64,000 bases of DNA from Euglena gracilis (taxonomy: Eukaryota): NCBI GenBank assembly GCA_039621445.1, contig CP154954.1:45611847-45675846 (forward strand). The letters run 5' to 3'. The notes below the pieces were generated by a model that was not told the DNA's origin, searched no databases, and saw nothing but the letters and a program-made list of their open reading frames with translations. Position numbers and translations under genes: made by a program. Position 1 is the first letter of the stretch. Each line of letters begins with the position of its first letter. This document shows, piece after piece, positions 24,879 through 38,750 of the stretch.

Positions 24879-25257
24879 GCCGGCGCCGCCGCCGTTGGCG
24901 GAATATTTTTTATGGGATGCGCCGCATGGGCTTCGAGGGCTCAAAAGGGTGGGGGGGGGGAACTTCGCGCAGCGATCAGCGTTTTTATTCTTTTTGTTCT
25001 GCAAGTTTTTCTGGGTTATTTTGCATTCGCTTTGCCCCTGGTTTTTTTTGGAAATGTTTGTTCTCTGTTCAATTTTGAACATCCGGAACGCCTTGAGCGA
25101 AGCACCAAAAAAAGTTTGGATTTTTTGTTGAAATCTCAGAAATTTCCAAAGTCTGGAGGTTAGGGAGCAGATAAATGATTTTTCAGTTGTTGAATGAAAG
25201 TGAATCCCACCAGTGGCACGAAAGGTGCATTCCCCGGACCTCAGACGAAAGAGGAGT

Positions 25258-25388
<131 letters not shown>

Positions 25389-25389
<1 letters not shown>

Positions 25390-25618
25390 TGGCAGCTCCC
25401 AACTATAGGGCCCCCCCCCAAAATCGTTTTTTTGCGTTAATGATGGAATAGGGTTAGGTGCGCGATTTAGGCTTAGGGTTAGGCCTAACTTGTACACCTA
25501 ACACCCGCCTATAAGTTAGGCCTAACCCTAAGCCTAAGTCGCGCACCTAAACCTATTCCATCAGTAACGCAAAAAAATAATAGGTGGGGGGGGGCTCCTC
25601 GATAGTGGGAGCGCCAGA
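25389..25618. mobile_element. Foldback element with TTAGGG-like motifs, related to 18721-18956, lying in a TA tract
   Basis: atagggttaggtgcgcgatttaggcttagggttaggcctaactt is inverted to aagttaggcctaaccctaagcctaagtcgcgcacctaaacctat. Confidence 0.8.
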
Positions 25619-25624
25619 TATATA

Positions 25625-25702
25625 TAGAGAGAGACGAGAGAGAGCGAGAGAGAGTTGCATTCCCGGCCTCAGACGAAAGAGGAAGGAGGGGCGGAGAGTA
25701 GA

Positions 25703-25744
<42 letters not shown>

Positions 25745-25822
25745 GAGAGAGGAGAGAGATGAAAAGAAGAGATATAGAAGAGAGATAGAGATAGAGAGAG
25801 AGGAGAGAGAGAGAAGAGAGAG

Positions 25823-25854
<32 letters not shown>

Positions 25855-25870
25855 TCGAGAGAGAGAGAGG
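25625..25870. repeat. Degenerate (GA)n tract
   Basis: Directly visible. Confidence 0.9.
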
Positions 25871-26459
25871 ATATATATATATACATAGTATATGTATTAT
25901 ATCATATATCTATATATCCATAGTATACATATATATATATTAATATACGAATGATCAGCATGGACTTTTTGGGGTGCGCCGTGTTGTGATCCACATCGCA
26001 CCTCACAATCGTTGCCCATGCCACGCATCGATTTCGTTTTTATCAGCACTGACCCATGGACCCATGGAATATGTTGACGCTTGCGACGGTCATTTTCTCT
26101 CTCCTCTGCCTGATTTGTGGTATAGTTCACAACATTGCATGTCACCCCCCCACATACCATTCAAATGCTTTATCTGGCCATGTACCCATTCCCACCAAAC
26201 CCACACGCTGCAAACAGAGAAATACCCCCCCTGCCCAAAATGTGTAGGAAATACGTGGGGGAAAATCAAATTGCACGGCTTTCTTGGGCCTCGAAAGATT
26301 TTGAGTTGGGTTGGGTGTCATTTTTTTCCGCAGTCTCCTGACTCCCAAGTCAAAGCAATGAGTGGCGAGCAGCTTCGTGATTAATTTTTGAATTTGCAAC
26401 ATTTGCGAAACTATCCATTTTCTGCGCCACGAAGTGCATGCCCACTCCTTGGGGGGAAA

Positions 26460-27600
26460 AACCGGCCAGGGAGTCGGACTCCCCCGAGGGGTGGACGAGA
26501 CACCGAGGGGCAAATGGGAAAAGAATTTTTTTTTAAAAAAAACATTACGGTTGGTGAGGACCACCTCTGACCTTTTCTGCTTCTCGGTCGGCTAACGAGG
26601 TAAGGAGGTTTTTCTCATCTTCGAAACCCGCCATCTTACTCCTGTGGCTTGAGGGCCCATTTAAACGCACAGCCCTGGCAGCCCTTCATCTTCTTCGCCG
26701 CCAGTTTTGTTGGGTCTTCCTGCTGCATTTTCTGGCCCAAGTAGTGACACGAAAGGCCCAACTGCCCTGATTGTCTTTGGGCCGCCAACCCCGCTCTCAG
26801 CTTGAGGGGTTCTTGGGCTCTGCCCTTGGCCCCTGAATGGTGGTTTGAACGGGAAAGAATGTGTGTGTTGGACCGTTTCTGCACCTGGCATGGCTTGTGG
26901 GGCCCTTTTGGCGCCGATGGTCCCCTTTGAAACTATTCCATCGACCTTTGTGAATGGAGGTGTCGTCGCGGTCGGCTGTGCAGTCATGGCCCGTTGTGCC
27001 GTCATGGCCTGCGCGGCTTTGGCTGCCATAGCCCCTCTTGAACATACTCTGTGTTGTGGAATGTTGGCCCCAAATGCCTTGGCTCCAATGGCCGTGGTGG
27101 CCAGCTGGCTGTTGCTTCTGCCCTCACGGGGACACCTCAGGCTACGCACTTTACCCTTGTGGGGCCATGCCTTTTTCCCTGGTCGGTTTTGCTCGAGGAA
27201 GTACGAGTCTTCTGGCCATTGTCCACAAGAGTTCGTGGCCGTCACTTTGGGGGTTTTTTTGGATTTTTGAAATCTTTTGGGGAAAGGAGAAGCCACGGTT
27301 CGCAACAGCGGGTCGGCTCCGTCAGGTCGTCCAGCTGCTTCGGCTGCTCCCTCTTGAAGGGCTCCAGCGCTGTTCTTTTTTCAAATTGCATTTTTCATTG
27401 AATTCGTTCAAAACTTCAACAATTTCTGCTGTATAGTTCTACGCCGGCGTCTCTTTCTGGACAATTTGAATTTGAATGATTGCCTTCTTCTTCTCCCAAT
27501 TGACAAGGTATTTGAAGTTGCTTTATTTTGGGTGTCGAAGGTCAAACTTAGGAATCAGCTCGGGTGAATTAAAAGCACCAAAGCCGGGACAGCCTTTGAA
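26460..27600 (-). mobile_element. Degenerate remnant of a DIRS-related element (terminal and ORF1-like sequence)
   Basis: Patches resemble the DIRS-B terminus (gacaccgaggg) and its 5' region (gtgtcgaagg...ttaggaatcagc at ~27533; gccacggtt at ~27292). Confidence 0.4.
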
Positions 27601-28611
27601 GGAAACGAAGCGCAAAGGTCTTTATAGACCATTCCTTGTTCACTGGCGGATTTTTTGGATGTATTCGGTGCTTTTGAGCTAAGAGTCCCTGCTGAGTGCC
27701 TTTTTTGCCGGAGTGGATGTGGTCATCATAGCCTCTCCACTAACGACAGTAACGACGCCTTAAAAGACACCCTTATGGTCTTTTCAAACATTCAGAAAAG
27801 AAATAAAAGCCACCCGTTCCTTAATTATCCTGATTAAAACGCCGACTTTTAGAGCGAGAAAGGGAGTTTCGGGGGCCCATCGAACAGGAGAGGGAGAGGG
27901 TTCGTCTTCTCTAATGTTTTGGCCTTTCTGAAAAAGACGCCGGCGACATTGGCCGGAGTCGGTTCATTTTTTGTGCGATAGCAGCCGAGCGGAGCGGCCG
28001 AGGGTTTTGCCACAGACAGAAGAAAGAGATCAGCTTATTGAACCGAGGGGCTGTGGACCACTCGGGCTTCTCACTTCGGTTGGGTGAGATCCTGCTTTTT
28101 GTGCCGGCTGTATGTTCATGGTGTGTTCTTTGGCGCGGTGCTTCTTGCTGCTTTTTGTTTCCGGAGTTGGCGGATCTTAAGCACCTTTTGGACTACAAGC
28201 AATCACGTCGACATTAATCACATCCGAGAGTGTGTCATCTACAGACGAGAGCTTCTACAACGAAGCCTGGGGACGTCTGTTCCTGGACCCGGTGAAGTAC
28301 GCGACTTGCTGAAGACAAAATCAACGGAGAAGCTTCAAGGCGTGCTGCAAGCCGGACAAGCGTGGAATGGTGGCGGATGGACTTCGACGAAATGCGCCAG
28401 AGCCATACGAAGACCGACGGGGATAGCATTGGTCAGCACAAACTTCGTGGACTACCTGAACAGCTTCTTGTACAGCCTCGTCTTGGTGGCCAACGTGGAC
28501 ATGGCCCTGGTGGATTTATCGGACAAATGTGCGGATGTACCGTTCCATCTCTCAAGACGTCCGGGCGTATGAATTCAACGTGGAAGCGGCGTAGGGAACG
28601 CGCCTCGCCAG

Positions 28612-31600
28612 TGTGCGCGGTCCGAAGGGGCCCGCCCCAAGGGGGGGGTCCCAAGGGGGCCCAAAGGGGCCACGAAAGGCCACGGGGGGCTCCAAGGCCC
28701 CCCAAGGGCCTTTTGAGGCCCCCCTGGCCCCCAAGGTGGTCCCACAGCCCATTTTAACCATGGAAAGGGAAGGTAAAGGAGGGGGAAGGTTGAGGGGGCC
28801 AACAGGCAACCCCCAAGGGGATGAGCAAGCCCTTCTGGACTTTGCGCAAGCATGCGCACCCCCTTGGTGGGCTCCCAGATGGCGCAATTCATTAAGAATT
28901 GCGCAAAGTATACCAATTAGCCCCCCCCCCCAGCTGTAGGCCCCCCAATTGTATTTTTACTCTGCACAGGGCTCTGTTCACACTCTGTTTTTATCTGTTT
29001 ATTTGGCGACAGTTGTGTTCCATTGCAAGTGCCAATTCAAAGAACAAATCAAGGAAACAACAAATTACATTTCAAGTTCAAGTCTCATTGATCAAGTATT
29101 CAAGTTCATTTGTTGAGGAAAAAGTATGTCATCTCCATCCGCACCAACACCAACCCCTACCCCACTTTTCCTCCAAGGGGAAAACCCCCACCAGGTGGGC
29201 CCGATGGGCTCAAACGAAAACGATCCTACGCAGGTTGCTCCGCCAGGGGTCCCTTCACAGGGACCTCAGGAGGGTAAACCCTTACATGGTAGCAGAGGAC
29301 GCCTGGCAGGGCGAGGAGGCCACACGAGTGCACAGGGGGGGGGGGGGCTCCCATCCCCAAGGGCCCCTGTGGGGGCCCACATTCTCCCCCCCCAGGGCTG
29401 GCCTCGCCTAACACCCGCGGCCACCTAGCGCCCCGAGTGGCAAGCGCCCCACGAGACGAGGCGCCCCACGCGCCGCACGTGCTCAACACCGCATGGTGCG
29501 GCAAGGGCGCCGAGGAGGCTTTCGATTTTTCGATTTCAGCTTTGAGCATTTCGGGGAGGGGGCGGTCCGCCCCTGCCCATGGGCCAAGAGGGCTCACAGG
29601 ATCGGAGGGGCAGCGGAGGGGCCCAGACGGTGCCTCCCCGGGTCGCGAGCCCGGAGGCGCCCGTTCCCACTTCTAGCCACTCCCGTGTACCCCCTCCCCA
29701 ACAGCACGCGCCATACACGGCGCGGAGCAGTGGCACCACCGCTCCGTGCGTTTCCAACAAAAAATTAAATTTTTTTCGGAGGCGGGAAAGCACAAGGGGG
29801 GGGCACCTCGGACCGGCAAAGGAGTCAATTTTAAATTGTGCAGCATTTTTTTGAGGAGGGGAGTCTGCGCGGTCCGAGGGTGCCCGCCCCAAGGGGGGGT
29901 CCCAAGGGGCCCAAAGGGGCCACGAAGGGCCACGGGGGGCTCTAAGGCCCCCAAAGGGGCTTTTGATGCCCCCTGGCCCCCAACGGGCCCCACAGTCCAT
30001 TTTAACCATGGCAAGGGAAGGTAAAGGAGGGGGAAGGTTGAGGGGGCCAACAGGCAACCCCCAAGGGGATGCGCAAGCCCTTCTGGGCTTTGCGCAACCA
30101 TGCGCACCCCCTTGGTGGGCTCCCAGATGGCGCAATTCATTAAGAATTGCGCAAAGTATACCAAGTAGCCCCCCCAGCTGCAGCCCCCCAATTGTATTTT
30201 TACTCTGCACAGGGCTATGTTCACACTCAGTTTTTATCTGTTTATTTGGCGACAGTTGTGTTCCATTGTAAGTGCCAATTCAAAGAACACATCAAGGAAA
30301 CAACAAATTACATTTCAAGTTCAAGTCTCATTGATCAATTTTAAACGTTCATTTGTTGAGGAAAAAGTATGTCATTTTCAACATCTCCATCCGCACCAAC
30401 ACCAACCCCTACCCCACTTTTCCTCCAAGGGGAAAACCCCCACCAGGTGGGCCCGATGGGCTCAAACGAAAACGATCCTACGCAGGTTGCTCCGCTAGGG
30501 GTCCCTTCACAGGGACCTCAGGAGGGTAAACCCTTACATGGTAGCAGAGGACGCCCGGGCAGGGCGAGGAGGCCACACGAGTGCACGGGGGGGGGGGGGC
30601 TCCCATCCCCAAGAGTCCCTGTGGGGGCCCACATTCTCCCCCCCCAGGGCTGGCCTCGCCAAACACCCGTGGCCACCTAGCGCCCCGAGTGGCAAGCGCC
30701 CCACGAGACGAGGCGCCCCACGCGCCGCACGTGCTCAACACCGCATGGTGCGGCAAGGGCGCCGAGGAGGCTTTCGATTTTTCGATTTCAGCTTTGAGCA
30801 ATTCGGGGGGGGGGGGGGCGGTCCGCCCCTGCCCATGGGCCAAGAGGGCTCACAGGATAGGAGGGGCAGCGGAGGGGCCCAGACGGTGCCTCCCCGGGCC
30901 GCGAGCCCGGAGGCGCCCGTTCCCACTTCTAGCCCCTCCCGTGTACCCCCTCCCCAACAGCACGCGCCATACACGGCGCGGAGCAGTGGCACCACCGCTC
31001 CGTGCGTTTCCAACAGAAAATTAAATTTTTTCGGAGGCGGGAAAGCACAAGGGGGGGGCACCTCGGACCGGCAAAGGAGTCAATTTTAAATTGTGCAGCA
31101 ATTTTCTTGAGGAGGGGAGTCTGCGCGGTCCGAGGGTGCCCGCCCCAAGGGGGGGGGGGTCCCAAGGGGCCCAAAGGGGCCACGAAGGGCCACGGGTGGC
31201 TCTAAGGCCCCCCAAGGGCCTGTTGAGGCCCCCCTGGCCCCCAACGGGCCCCACAGTCCATTTTAACCATGGCAAGAGAAGGTAAAGGAAGTAGAAGGCT
31301 GAGGGGGCCAACAGGCAACCCCCAAGGGGATGCGCAAGCCCTTCTGGGCTTTGCGCAAGCATGCACACCCCCTTGGTGGGCTCCCAGATGGCGCAATTCA
31401 TTAAATTACATTTCAAGTTCAAGTCTCATTGATCAAGTATTCAAGTTCATTTGTTGAGGAAAAAGTATGTCATTTTCAACATCTCCATCCGCACCAACAC
31501 CAACCCCTACCCCACTTTTCCTCCAAGGAGAAAACCCCCACCAGGTGGGCCCGACGGGCTCAAACGAAAAAGATCCTACGCAGGTTGCGCCGCCTGGGGT

Positions 31601-31636
31601 CCCTTCACGGGGACCTCAGGAGGGGCAACCCTTACA
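28612..31636 (+). mobile_element. Tandem three-LTR non-autonomous LTR retroelement (TRIM/LARD-like) inserted in DIRS-A
   Basis: LTRs at 28612-29286, 29864-30538 and 31120-31636 all end in TACA. PBS TGGTAGCAGAGGA follows at 29287 and 30539, PPT GAGGAGGGGAG precedes LTR2 and LTR3, and CCAG is duplicated at 28608-28611 and 31637-31640. Confidence 0.85.
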
Positions 31637-32622
31637 CCAGGAGGAGCGGCGGCGCAGGCGACGCCATGTGCACAGAGGAAGAAGTCGACGAGGCGGAGGA
31701 GGAAGAGCGGTTGCCTTGGGAGGCACCGTCTCTGCAGCTGCCAGGGGACCTGGCGCTCTGTGTCAAAACGGCACAGCAAGGAGAAAGACTAGGCATGAGG
31801 CATGTCTTGCAAGACGTACCAGTGTTTTCTGGAATGAAACAGAGGGCAGAAGATAACAATCACAAAGCCGATGGTCGTTCAATCGTTGACAAATTTATGA
31901 AGGGAGTGCAACAACGTATGCTGAACGCCATGAGGATGGTGGCCACATTGCATCCCATTGTGCTGCAGCAGGAGGACACGTCTTATCACCAGCTGTGTCA
32001 ACAACTGTTTTACTATTCCGCTAAAACAGAAGTACAACTCCTCCAGGAGAGAAAGCGCAGGAGAATTCCGGGAGCTGTGATGGATTCCAGCAACGTTTTC
32101 TTCACGTCAGCAGATTTGCAGGTGGACAGAAGGTCCATAACATCAATGGAGCAGGTAAAGCTCCCCTTACTCCCAAGCGCTCCAAATCGTAGTTGGAGAC
32201 ATTGGAGAAGAAAAGGAGGCAAGGGCAGTCTGCCCCTGAACAGGAGCTATGGTAGCTCATACCCATCCCCGTGGCAGGGGAAGAGCCTGGGCAAAGGCAG
32301 AATCTACGGAATCAAGCGTCGTGGACGTGGAGGAGCCTCTATCTGGCCAGCCAGTCTCAAGGCAATAGAAACGGCCCATGGTGGGTCCCAAAACTCAGCG
32401 GCTTTCTTATCAAGAATGCCCTCTACAACACATGATTCAGTGCAGGTGAAAACAGTGGGGGGACACCCCCATGCCCCAAAGAGTTGTGAAAAGTCTGTCC
32501 CGGTGGAGAAAACATGGAAATACTTTTCTGTGTCAAATTCTGCAAGAAGGCATTCTACCAGATTTCCAATAACCCCTAAACCTGTCAAAAACACAAGATC
32601 CTATGGGAGAGAATAAATTGAT

Positions 32623-34330
32623 TTGGCAAACAGGATTTTGAGGGATTACGAGTCCTCAGTTGCAGTCAGAAAGCTACCTCCAGCAGCTGTGTCCAAGCAC
32701 TTGGTGCCTTGGTTCATTATTTCAAAAATGGAAAATGGCACCATCAAACATCGTTTGATCACAAATTGCAAGGGATTGAACACATTTTTCACAACCCCCC
32801 TATTCAACTGACCACCCTGTCAGGGATCTTCACCTACCTGCAGCAGGGTTGGTGGGGGGGGGGGGGAAGTTGAATCTCAAGGATGCACACTTCCATCTCC
32901 CACTTCACCCATTTCTTCAGAAATATTTACATCTCCAGGTCGGGGAAACGGTGTTGGATTTCAATCAGCCAGTTTTGGAATGAGCAAATTACCGTTCATG
33001 TTCATGCAATTTGTGAAGCCTCTGGAAAAACTGTGGCACACAAGGGGGATCCTAGCCTTTGTATATCTCGACGATATAATCACCTTGGCAAATTCCCCCC
33101 CAGCTGGTACAAAAACACCTAAAGGCCATGATCCAGGACCTGCTGGCGGCAGGTTTCAAAATCAACATCCCCAAAAGTGTGTTACTCTCTAGGCAGGTGA
33201 TCACCCACTTAGGAGCGGTGATAAACCTGGCAGAAGGAGAACTTCAGGTCCCACTTCAAAAGCTAAAAACCCTGAGAAAGGAAAAAGGAAAAGTTTTGGT
33301 TGCAAGCCATCTAACTTGTCGAAAAATGGCTGCAATTCTGGGTCAAATTCGTTCCAATCTCACCCCTCTGCCCTTTTTAATGGCATTCGCCAATACTTTA
33401 AAGGAGTTTGTGGATCTGCATCAAACCCACAGCTGGGATCATCAGGTACCCATTCCTCAGTCAGTAAAAGATCAAATTCTGTCTCTAAAACCTCTTCTGG
33501 CAGTAACCCATGGAAGACCCTTTTTAGTGAACCCCAACAGGGTTTTGTGTTCAGACAGTTCCACACAGGGGTGGGGGGGTCTGGATCTAAACTCTTGGCA
33601 AAAACTGCACAGCTTTTGGAGAAGCAATCAAGGATGGAACATAAAATTAAAGGAGCTCTCAGCTGCCAAGGACACCATTTTGTCCTTAACAAAACCAGGG
33701 GGATCAGTAGTCATTCAGGTAGACAATCAGGTAGCTGCAAGCTACCTCAGGAAGCAAGGTGGGAGGGTTCAAGCCCTGAACGAAATTATTCGCCCCCTTT
33801 TACTTTGGGCAGTGAAGCATCGAGTTCAAATTCGGGTTGTGCCAAGCCAGCAAATGCAGGCAGACAGCTTATCCAGGTGGGTCCAGGACCCTGGGGATTA
33901 CACCCAAAATCATCACCTTTTCCAAAAAAAAAAATCATCTGCCACTTCAAAAACGACGTTCAGCCAGCTGTGGACGGCTTTGCCAGTCCAGGGAATTCCA
34001 AATGCCCAAAATTCATTTGTCGATGGCCCCACCATCAAGCCTTCAGGGTGGATGCCATGAATTGCCCCGTGCAAGACCTTTCTCATGTCTGGGCAAACCC
34101 CCCCCGGAAGATTATTCCAAACTGGTTACACAGACTGAGAGAAAATCCTCAGATCGTTTGCCTTTTCATTTGCACCCTTTTGGGAGTCAGCACCACGGTG
34201 GCCCCTGTTAATCAAAATGAGGGTAAAACACACCAAATGCCTGGTCACACCCCCCAGGAGGGAATGTTCTTCAACTGTTTGCAACACTGCATGCCCAGGC
34301 CAAGATGGCCCCTGGTGTTATCAGGGGGAA
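32623..34330 (+). pseudogene. DIRS-A RT / RNase H / adenine-MTase region (multiple frameshifts)
   Basis: ORF pieces at 32623, 32980, 33128 and 33316 carry PWFIISK..KHRLITNC, VYLDD, SDSS and ANPP. Confidence 0.85.
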
Positions 34331-34434
34331 GTAGGAACAACAACAGGTCAACCCTTCCAACATTACACTTTATTTCCAACAACTGAAATGTTTGGATCGT
34401 TACAACTCCTCCTTTCAGCTTTTTATATGCTGTC

Positions 34435-35220
34435 ATGAAAGACATGGGTTTGCACCCCTCTCAGCCACCCCACTGGACATTGCACAGGGCATCCAAAGAT
34501 AATTTCAATTTTCAGTGTCACAAGCCAAAAACGCCGTTAATCCCAGGATGCTCGAGTCTGAGGTTTGAGCAAATTGTGCAACCTCTGAGGAAAAAATCGT
34601 CATCATCTGTGCAAAAGTATGCAGATTTTTGGGATGCCACCCCAATTGTGCAAAGACTGGCGGCTGATGACGCCCCCCTGCCTGCTTTGCCCTTACCTGA
34701 ACTGCGGTTACATCTCATTGTGATTGTGTGTTTATTCTCCTTATTTCGAGGTGGGGGTTTGGCTTCTCTCCTTAGAACTTGTTCCAGACTTCATGACAAA
34801 TTTTTCATACAAGTCAGGAGAAAGGGTTGGAAACTCCATCAGAGGGAGCAATTGTCTTCTCTGACTTCACAAGTGCTCATCAGTCCAGTACATTTATTGT
34901 TGGAGTATGTTAGACGTACAGCTCACATGGGCAAAAACGGGGTGCCGGTTTTCCTTTCACTTCCACCCCCCTTTAACGCTTTGAAGCCAAATTCCATCAA
35001 TGGCCTCACAAAACGTTTTTTGTTGCAGCAGGGGGTCCCTTCCCTGTATGGGGCACCCAGCAGAAGAGGTGCAGGTGTCTCTTTCTTCAAGTCTTTGCGC
35101 TTGGATTCAGAAGAAGTGTGCCAAATAGGCAAGTGGAAAGATTTCAAAAGTTGTGCATCCCATTATTTGCGCATCAACGCCCCAAAAAGGCCGGCAGAAA
35201 ACAACGAGCATCTGGTACAC
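34435..35220 (+). pseudogene. DIRS-A tyrosine recombinase (catalytic residues partly decayed)
   Basis: LFRGGGL, APSRRGAG (expected HSTRG), IGKW and SHYLR are alignable to the intact family-B YR. Confidence 0.8.
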
Positions 35221-35989
35221 AAAAATACACCCAACCGAAGTGCGACGCCCGAGCGGTCATGCACTACGGGAGCCTTTAGGGAGCCAGGGGGAAATGACCA
35301 GGAGGGCGACGCACAATGGCAGGGTGAGACCGCCCGCCCGCTGGAGGGGAAAAAACCATTCGAGTTCAAAAAGCCGCACCAGACGCCGGGAGGGGAGCAC
35401 GACCGCCATCTCCGGCAACAAACGCGCAGTAAGAAGCACCGCGCCAAAGAACACACCATGAACAAACAGCCGGCACAAATAAGCAGGATCTCACCCTGCC
35501 CTTGTGCTTCGTCCTCCTGGTCATTTCCTCCTGGTTCCCTAAAGGTCCTCGGAGTGCACGAGTTTTCCGCTCATTGGTCGCAAATCGTACTCCCTCGAGG
35601 CAAGCCGAAAAGGGAGGAAGGGACACCGAGGGCGAAGCACAAAGACATTGTGAGGCCATGCCTTGCTCGCCGGCGGTTTGTTGTGTGATTGTTTGATGTG
35701 CTGGGTTAGGAGGCCCCGCTTAGTGCCGCCTCGCCGGAGTTGGCTGCATTGTCTCCGACGTGGCGACCATGGCGCTGCTTCTTTGCTTTGGGGGGCCCCC
35801 CAACCTCCCCCCCCCTGGCCCCCATCTTCTGATCGAGGGCGTTTGAAGACAAATTTTCTTACATGGGTGGGGGGGTCGGGCTCACAATGTCTTTGTGCTT
35901 CGCCCTCGGTGTCCCTTCCTCCCTTTTCGGCTTGCCTCGAGAGAGTACGAGACACCTCGGGCTCTGCACTTTGCCATTGTGAGGCCAGA

Positions 35990-38321
35990 TTGTGCACTGA
36001 AAAAAGGGGGGCCAGGGCATTCTGCAAAGAACCTTGGGCACCAAGTCTTTGATAGTGGGCTGTGAAAGCCTCCACCCCCTTCCATTGACCAATTTCACAA
36101 ACTTCTTGGGCAGAAAGGCCCAATTTTTTGAGTAAACTAACTCCTGCTCCTCTGGTGGAGTGGGTCCCCAAACCTGGGGGGGTACCCCATGCTGGGCCAA
36201 AAAGTTTTTGGTTATAGAAGCAATGGTATCTGCCTTTATGGCTTTATAGGGGGGTTTTAACGTAATTAAAACGGGGCCCCCAGGTTTCACAAAGAAACGT
36301 GTTGCTGCCACATAAGACATCATCAACTGAAAGGGACTGATTTGGGGGCATTGGGGAATGGAGACAACTCTCTCCCACTTATGGAATTTTTGCCCTTTAC
36401 GCTTAATTTTGATGTAGGGTGCCCCCCCCCAACACACTGGTGGTTCTTTGGACCTGTGCCAAATCAGAACTTCTGTATAAACAGAGGATACGTGAACAGA
36501 AAATGAGTTGTGTACGTAATGTACACATATCAGAGGGCAGGGGGGACTGTGCCAGCCCCAGGAGGATTGGGAGGGGTTCCCAGAATGCACCATATTTTTC
36601 CAGGTTTTGGTTCCAAAGCCTTTTATAAGGTGCCAACATGGCATGGAACTTCAGGCCTCCAAAGCCAGGGATCAAAAGCACAGCACTGTATGCATTGCGT
36701 GCCTGGGCCTTTGAAAATTGAAACAGTTGAACTAAAGCGTCAACCACTTGGTCAGTGGTGGCTTCAGGGGGGGGGGGGTACCCCCATTTTGTCCAAAATT
36801 ACCCATAAAAGCGTAAAAGCGCTTTGATAGCGCTTTAAACTGTTTCTTCCCAAGAAATCGTTAATGGTCGAATTTTGTACTTGCTTCCCCTCCACAAGTT
36901 GCCTGAGCAAATCATGCAAAGGAGGGGGCACCTGGGGGGTGGCATTTTTCCCCCTGCAGTTGGTGAACATACCCTTGTAGGGGGTGAGTTTGGGGCAGGG
37001 TGTCCCTGTAACTTTCATTTTTATTAACTGGGGCCACCATGTGGCTGAATCCCAGTAGGAGGTGACCATCAAAACTTTGGCCTGTGGAAACATTTTTAAT
37101 CTGGGGAGAAATTTTTGAATTACAGACCAGGGGGGTTTGCATAAAGTCCCCCCATGTTGTCCAGTGGGCATTGCAATGCGTCCACTGCTGTGGCATCCCA
37201 GTGGGGCCACCTGGCCACAAATTGTGGTAGTTTTTTGTTGCCTGGTGAGGGAATAAAGGTCTGTTTTTAGGCTGATGTAATTTTAGAACTGCTGCCTCAG
37301 CCATTGAAAAAGTTGGGGGTCCAGGGAGTAATCCCCCCTGTCCATTTCCCTCCTGCTTATGGGGTCCGCCAGGCATTCCTTTGAAGGGACCAACTTTACT
37401 TGCAGGTTTATGTTGTGCTCCATGCACCATTTGAAAAAGGGTCTTAGCATGGAATTGAAGGGGTCCTTTCTGCCCCCCCCCTTTTGTTAAGTAATAGTAA
37501 ATTACTTGATTGTCCACTGACAGGGACACAGTTTCTCCTGGTTTGCTTAGGCTTTGTACTGTGCTTATTGCTGCACTTAGTCCTTTGACATTTATGTGCA
37601 AAATGGAGTTTTCCCTCCAAAATTCTTGCACAATTTCGCCTGTTCGAATGTCCAGCCCCCCCCCATGCATGGGTACTGCTGTCTGAGTGCAACTCCCTGG
37701 TTGCAATTTGGGGGAAGGGTCTGCCCCCCCAGGAGTCCAGTAGATTTTTTTTCTCTTAATTGGTCTTTTATTCTTTGGGAAATGGGGTGTTTTGAGTCCC
37801 AGGGGGCTGTGAAATTTTCCACCAAAAAAATTGCGAGGGAATCCGTAAAGGCCCTTAGAAAGGGCAGTGCCATTAGATTGCATCTGATTTGGCCCAAAAT
37901 GGAAGCCAACTGCCTTTTTGACATGTAATCTTTTTTCACCATTTTTCCCAGCTCCTTTTTTACTGTTTTTATTTTCTGCGGGGCACCTGCAATTTTCCCT
38001 CTTGGAAGTTTAATTGAAACCCAAGAAGATTTACGATTTGGGTTGGCTGCAGGGTGGACTTTTTTACATTGATTTTGAATCCTGATTTGATTAAATCCCT
38101 GACCACTGTGTTCAGGTGATTTTGTAACATATTGTGTGTTGTGGCTACCAGTAAAATGTCGTCCAGGTAAATAAATACCTGGATGCCCCTTTTTCTCCAC
38201 AGCTTTTCGAATGTCTTCATTATTGACATAAAAATTTGGGGCATTACGTTCAGGCCAAAACAGCCTGCCTGCAATTCCCAGGTCTGCCCCCCCCCACCTG
38301 ATGTCTTAGAAATGGCCTTAG
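35990..38321 (-). pseudogene. DIRS-B1 RT C-part / RNase H / MTase / tyrosine recombinase (frameshifted)
   Basis: IYLDD, SDSSTHAWGG, LYRSSDL, HSTRG and AHYQR are spread over several frames. Confidence 0.9.
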
Positions 38322-38750
38322 TGTGTACCAGGCACGTCCCAGCTCTGTAGGATATCTGCAGAGTGGGTTCTGTGACGGTCGCACCACTGTGGAAACCCAC
38401 AGCTGGTAAGATCGTGGCAGACCCTTCTGGGATCTGCCCCTGGACACGTCAGCACTTTTCTCTCCTTCCCCCACAGGTGGTATTCTTTACTCTCACAATC
38501 TCCAAGTTTCACCTTTGGATTTGTCAGAGGGAAAAACCCTCAGAACAATCAACTTTGATCTCAGAAGAAAACTTCTGAATCTTTGCTTTGTGCTTTGCCT
38601 CTTGGGGAATTGGGAAGAAAAGGGGAAAACCACTTTTCGTTACTCCAAAGACTTTTCCCTACCATAAGTAGGCTGCGCACCAAGGCGAAAGCGAAAGGCT
38701 TTTACAGAAAGTCCCAAAAAGGGAAAAAGGGAAAGCTTTGGACGTACACT
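38322..38750 (+). repeat. 5' LTR
   Basis: TGTGTACC...GGACGTACACT; no differences from 54850-55278 seen by eye. Confidence 0.97.

Larger units (their letters stand above)
28056..35578 (+). mobile_element. DIRS1-type tyrosine-recombinase retrotransposon, family A (degenerate)
   Basis: Left ITR ~28056-28151, ICR ~35228-35328 and right ITR ~35426-35578 show the canonical lE/rE complementarity. Frameshifted RT (VYLDD), RNase H (SDSSTQGWG, ELSA, VDN, ADSLSR), Dam-like MT (DGFASPGN..WANPP) and YR are present. Confidence 0.9.

Noticed and set aside
25448-25550. True telomere or interstitial telomeric array
   Set aside because: Only a few imperfect TTAGGG-like units occur, inside a foldback element.
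31429-31640. N-terminus of the 395-aa ORF as real protein
   Set aside because: This part derives from LTR3 of the inserted miniature element; only the downstream part is DIRS-A ORF1 sequence.
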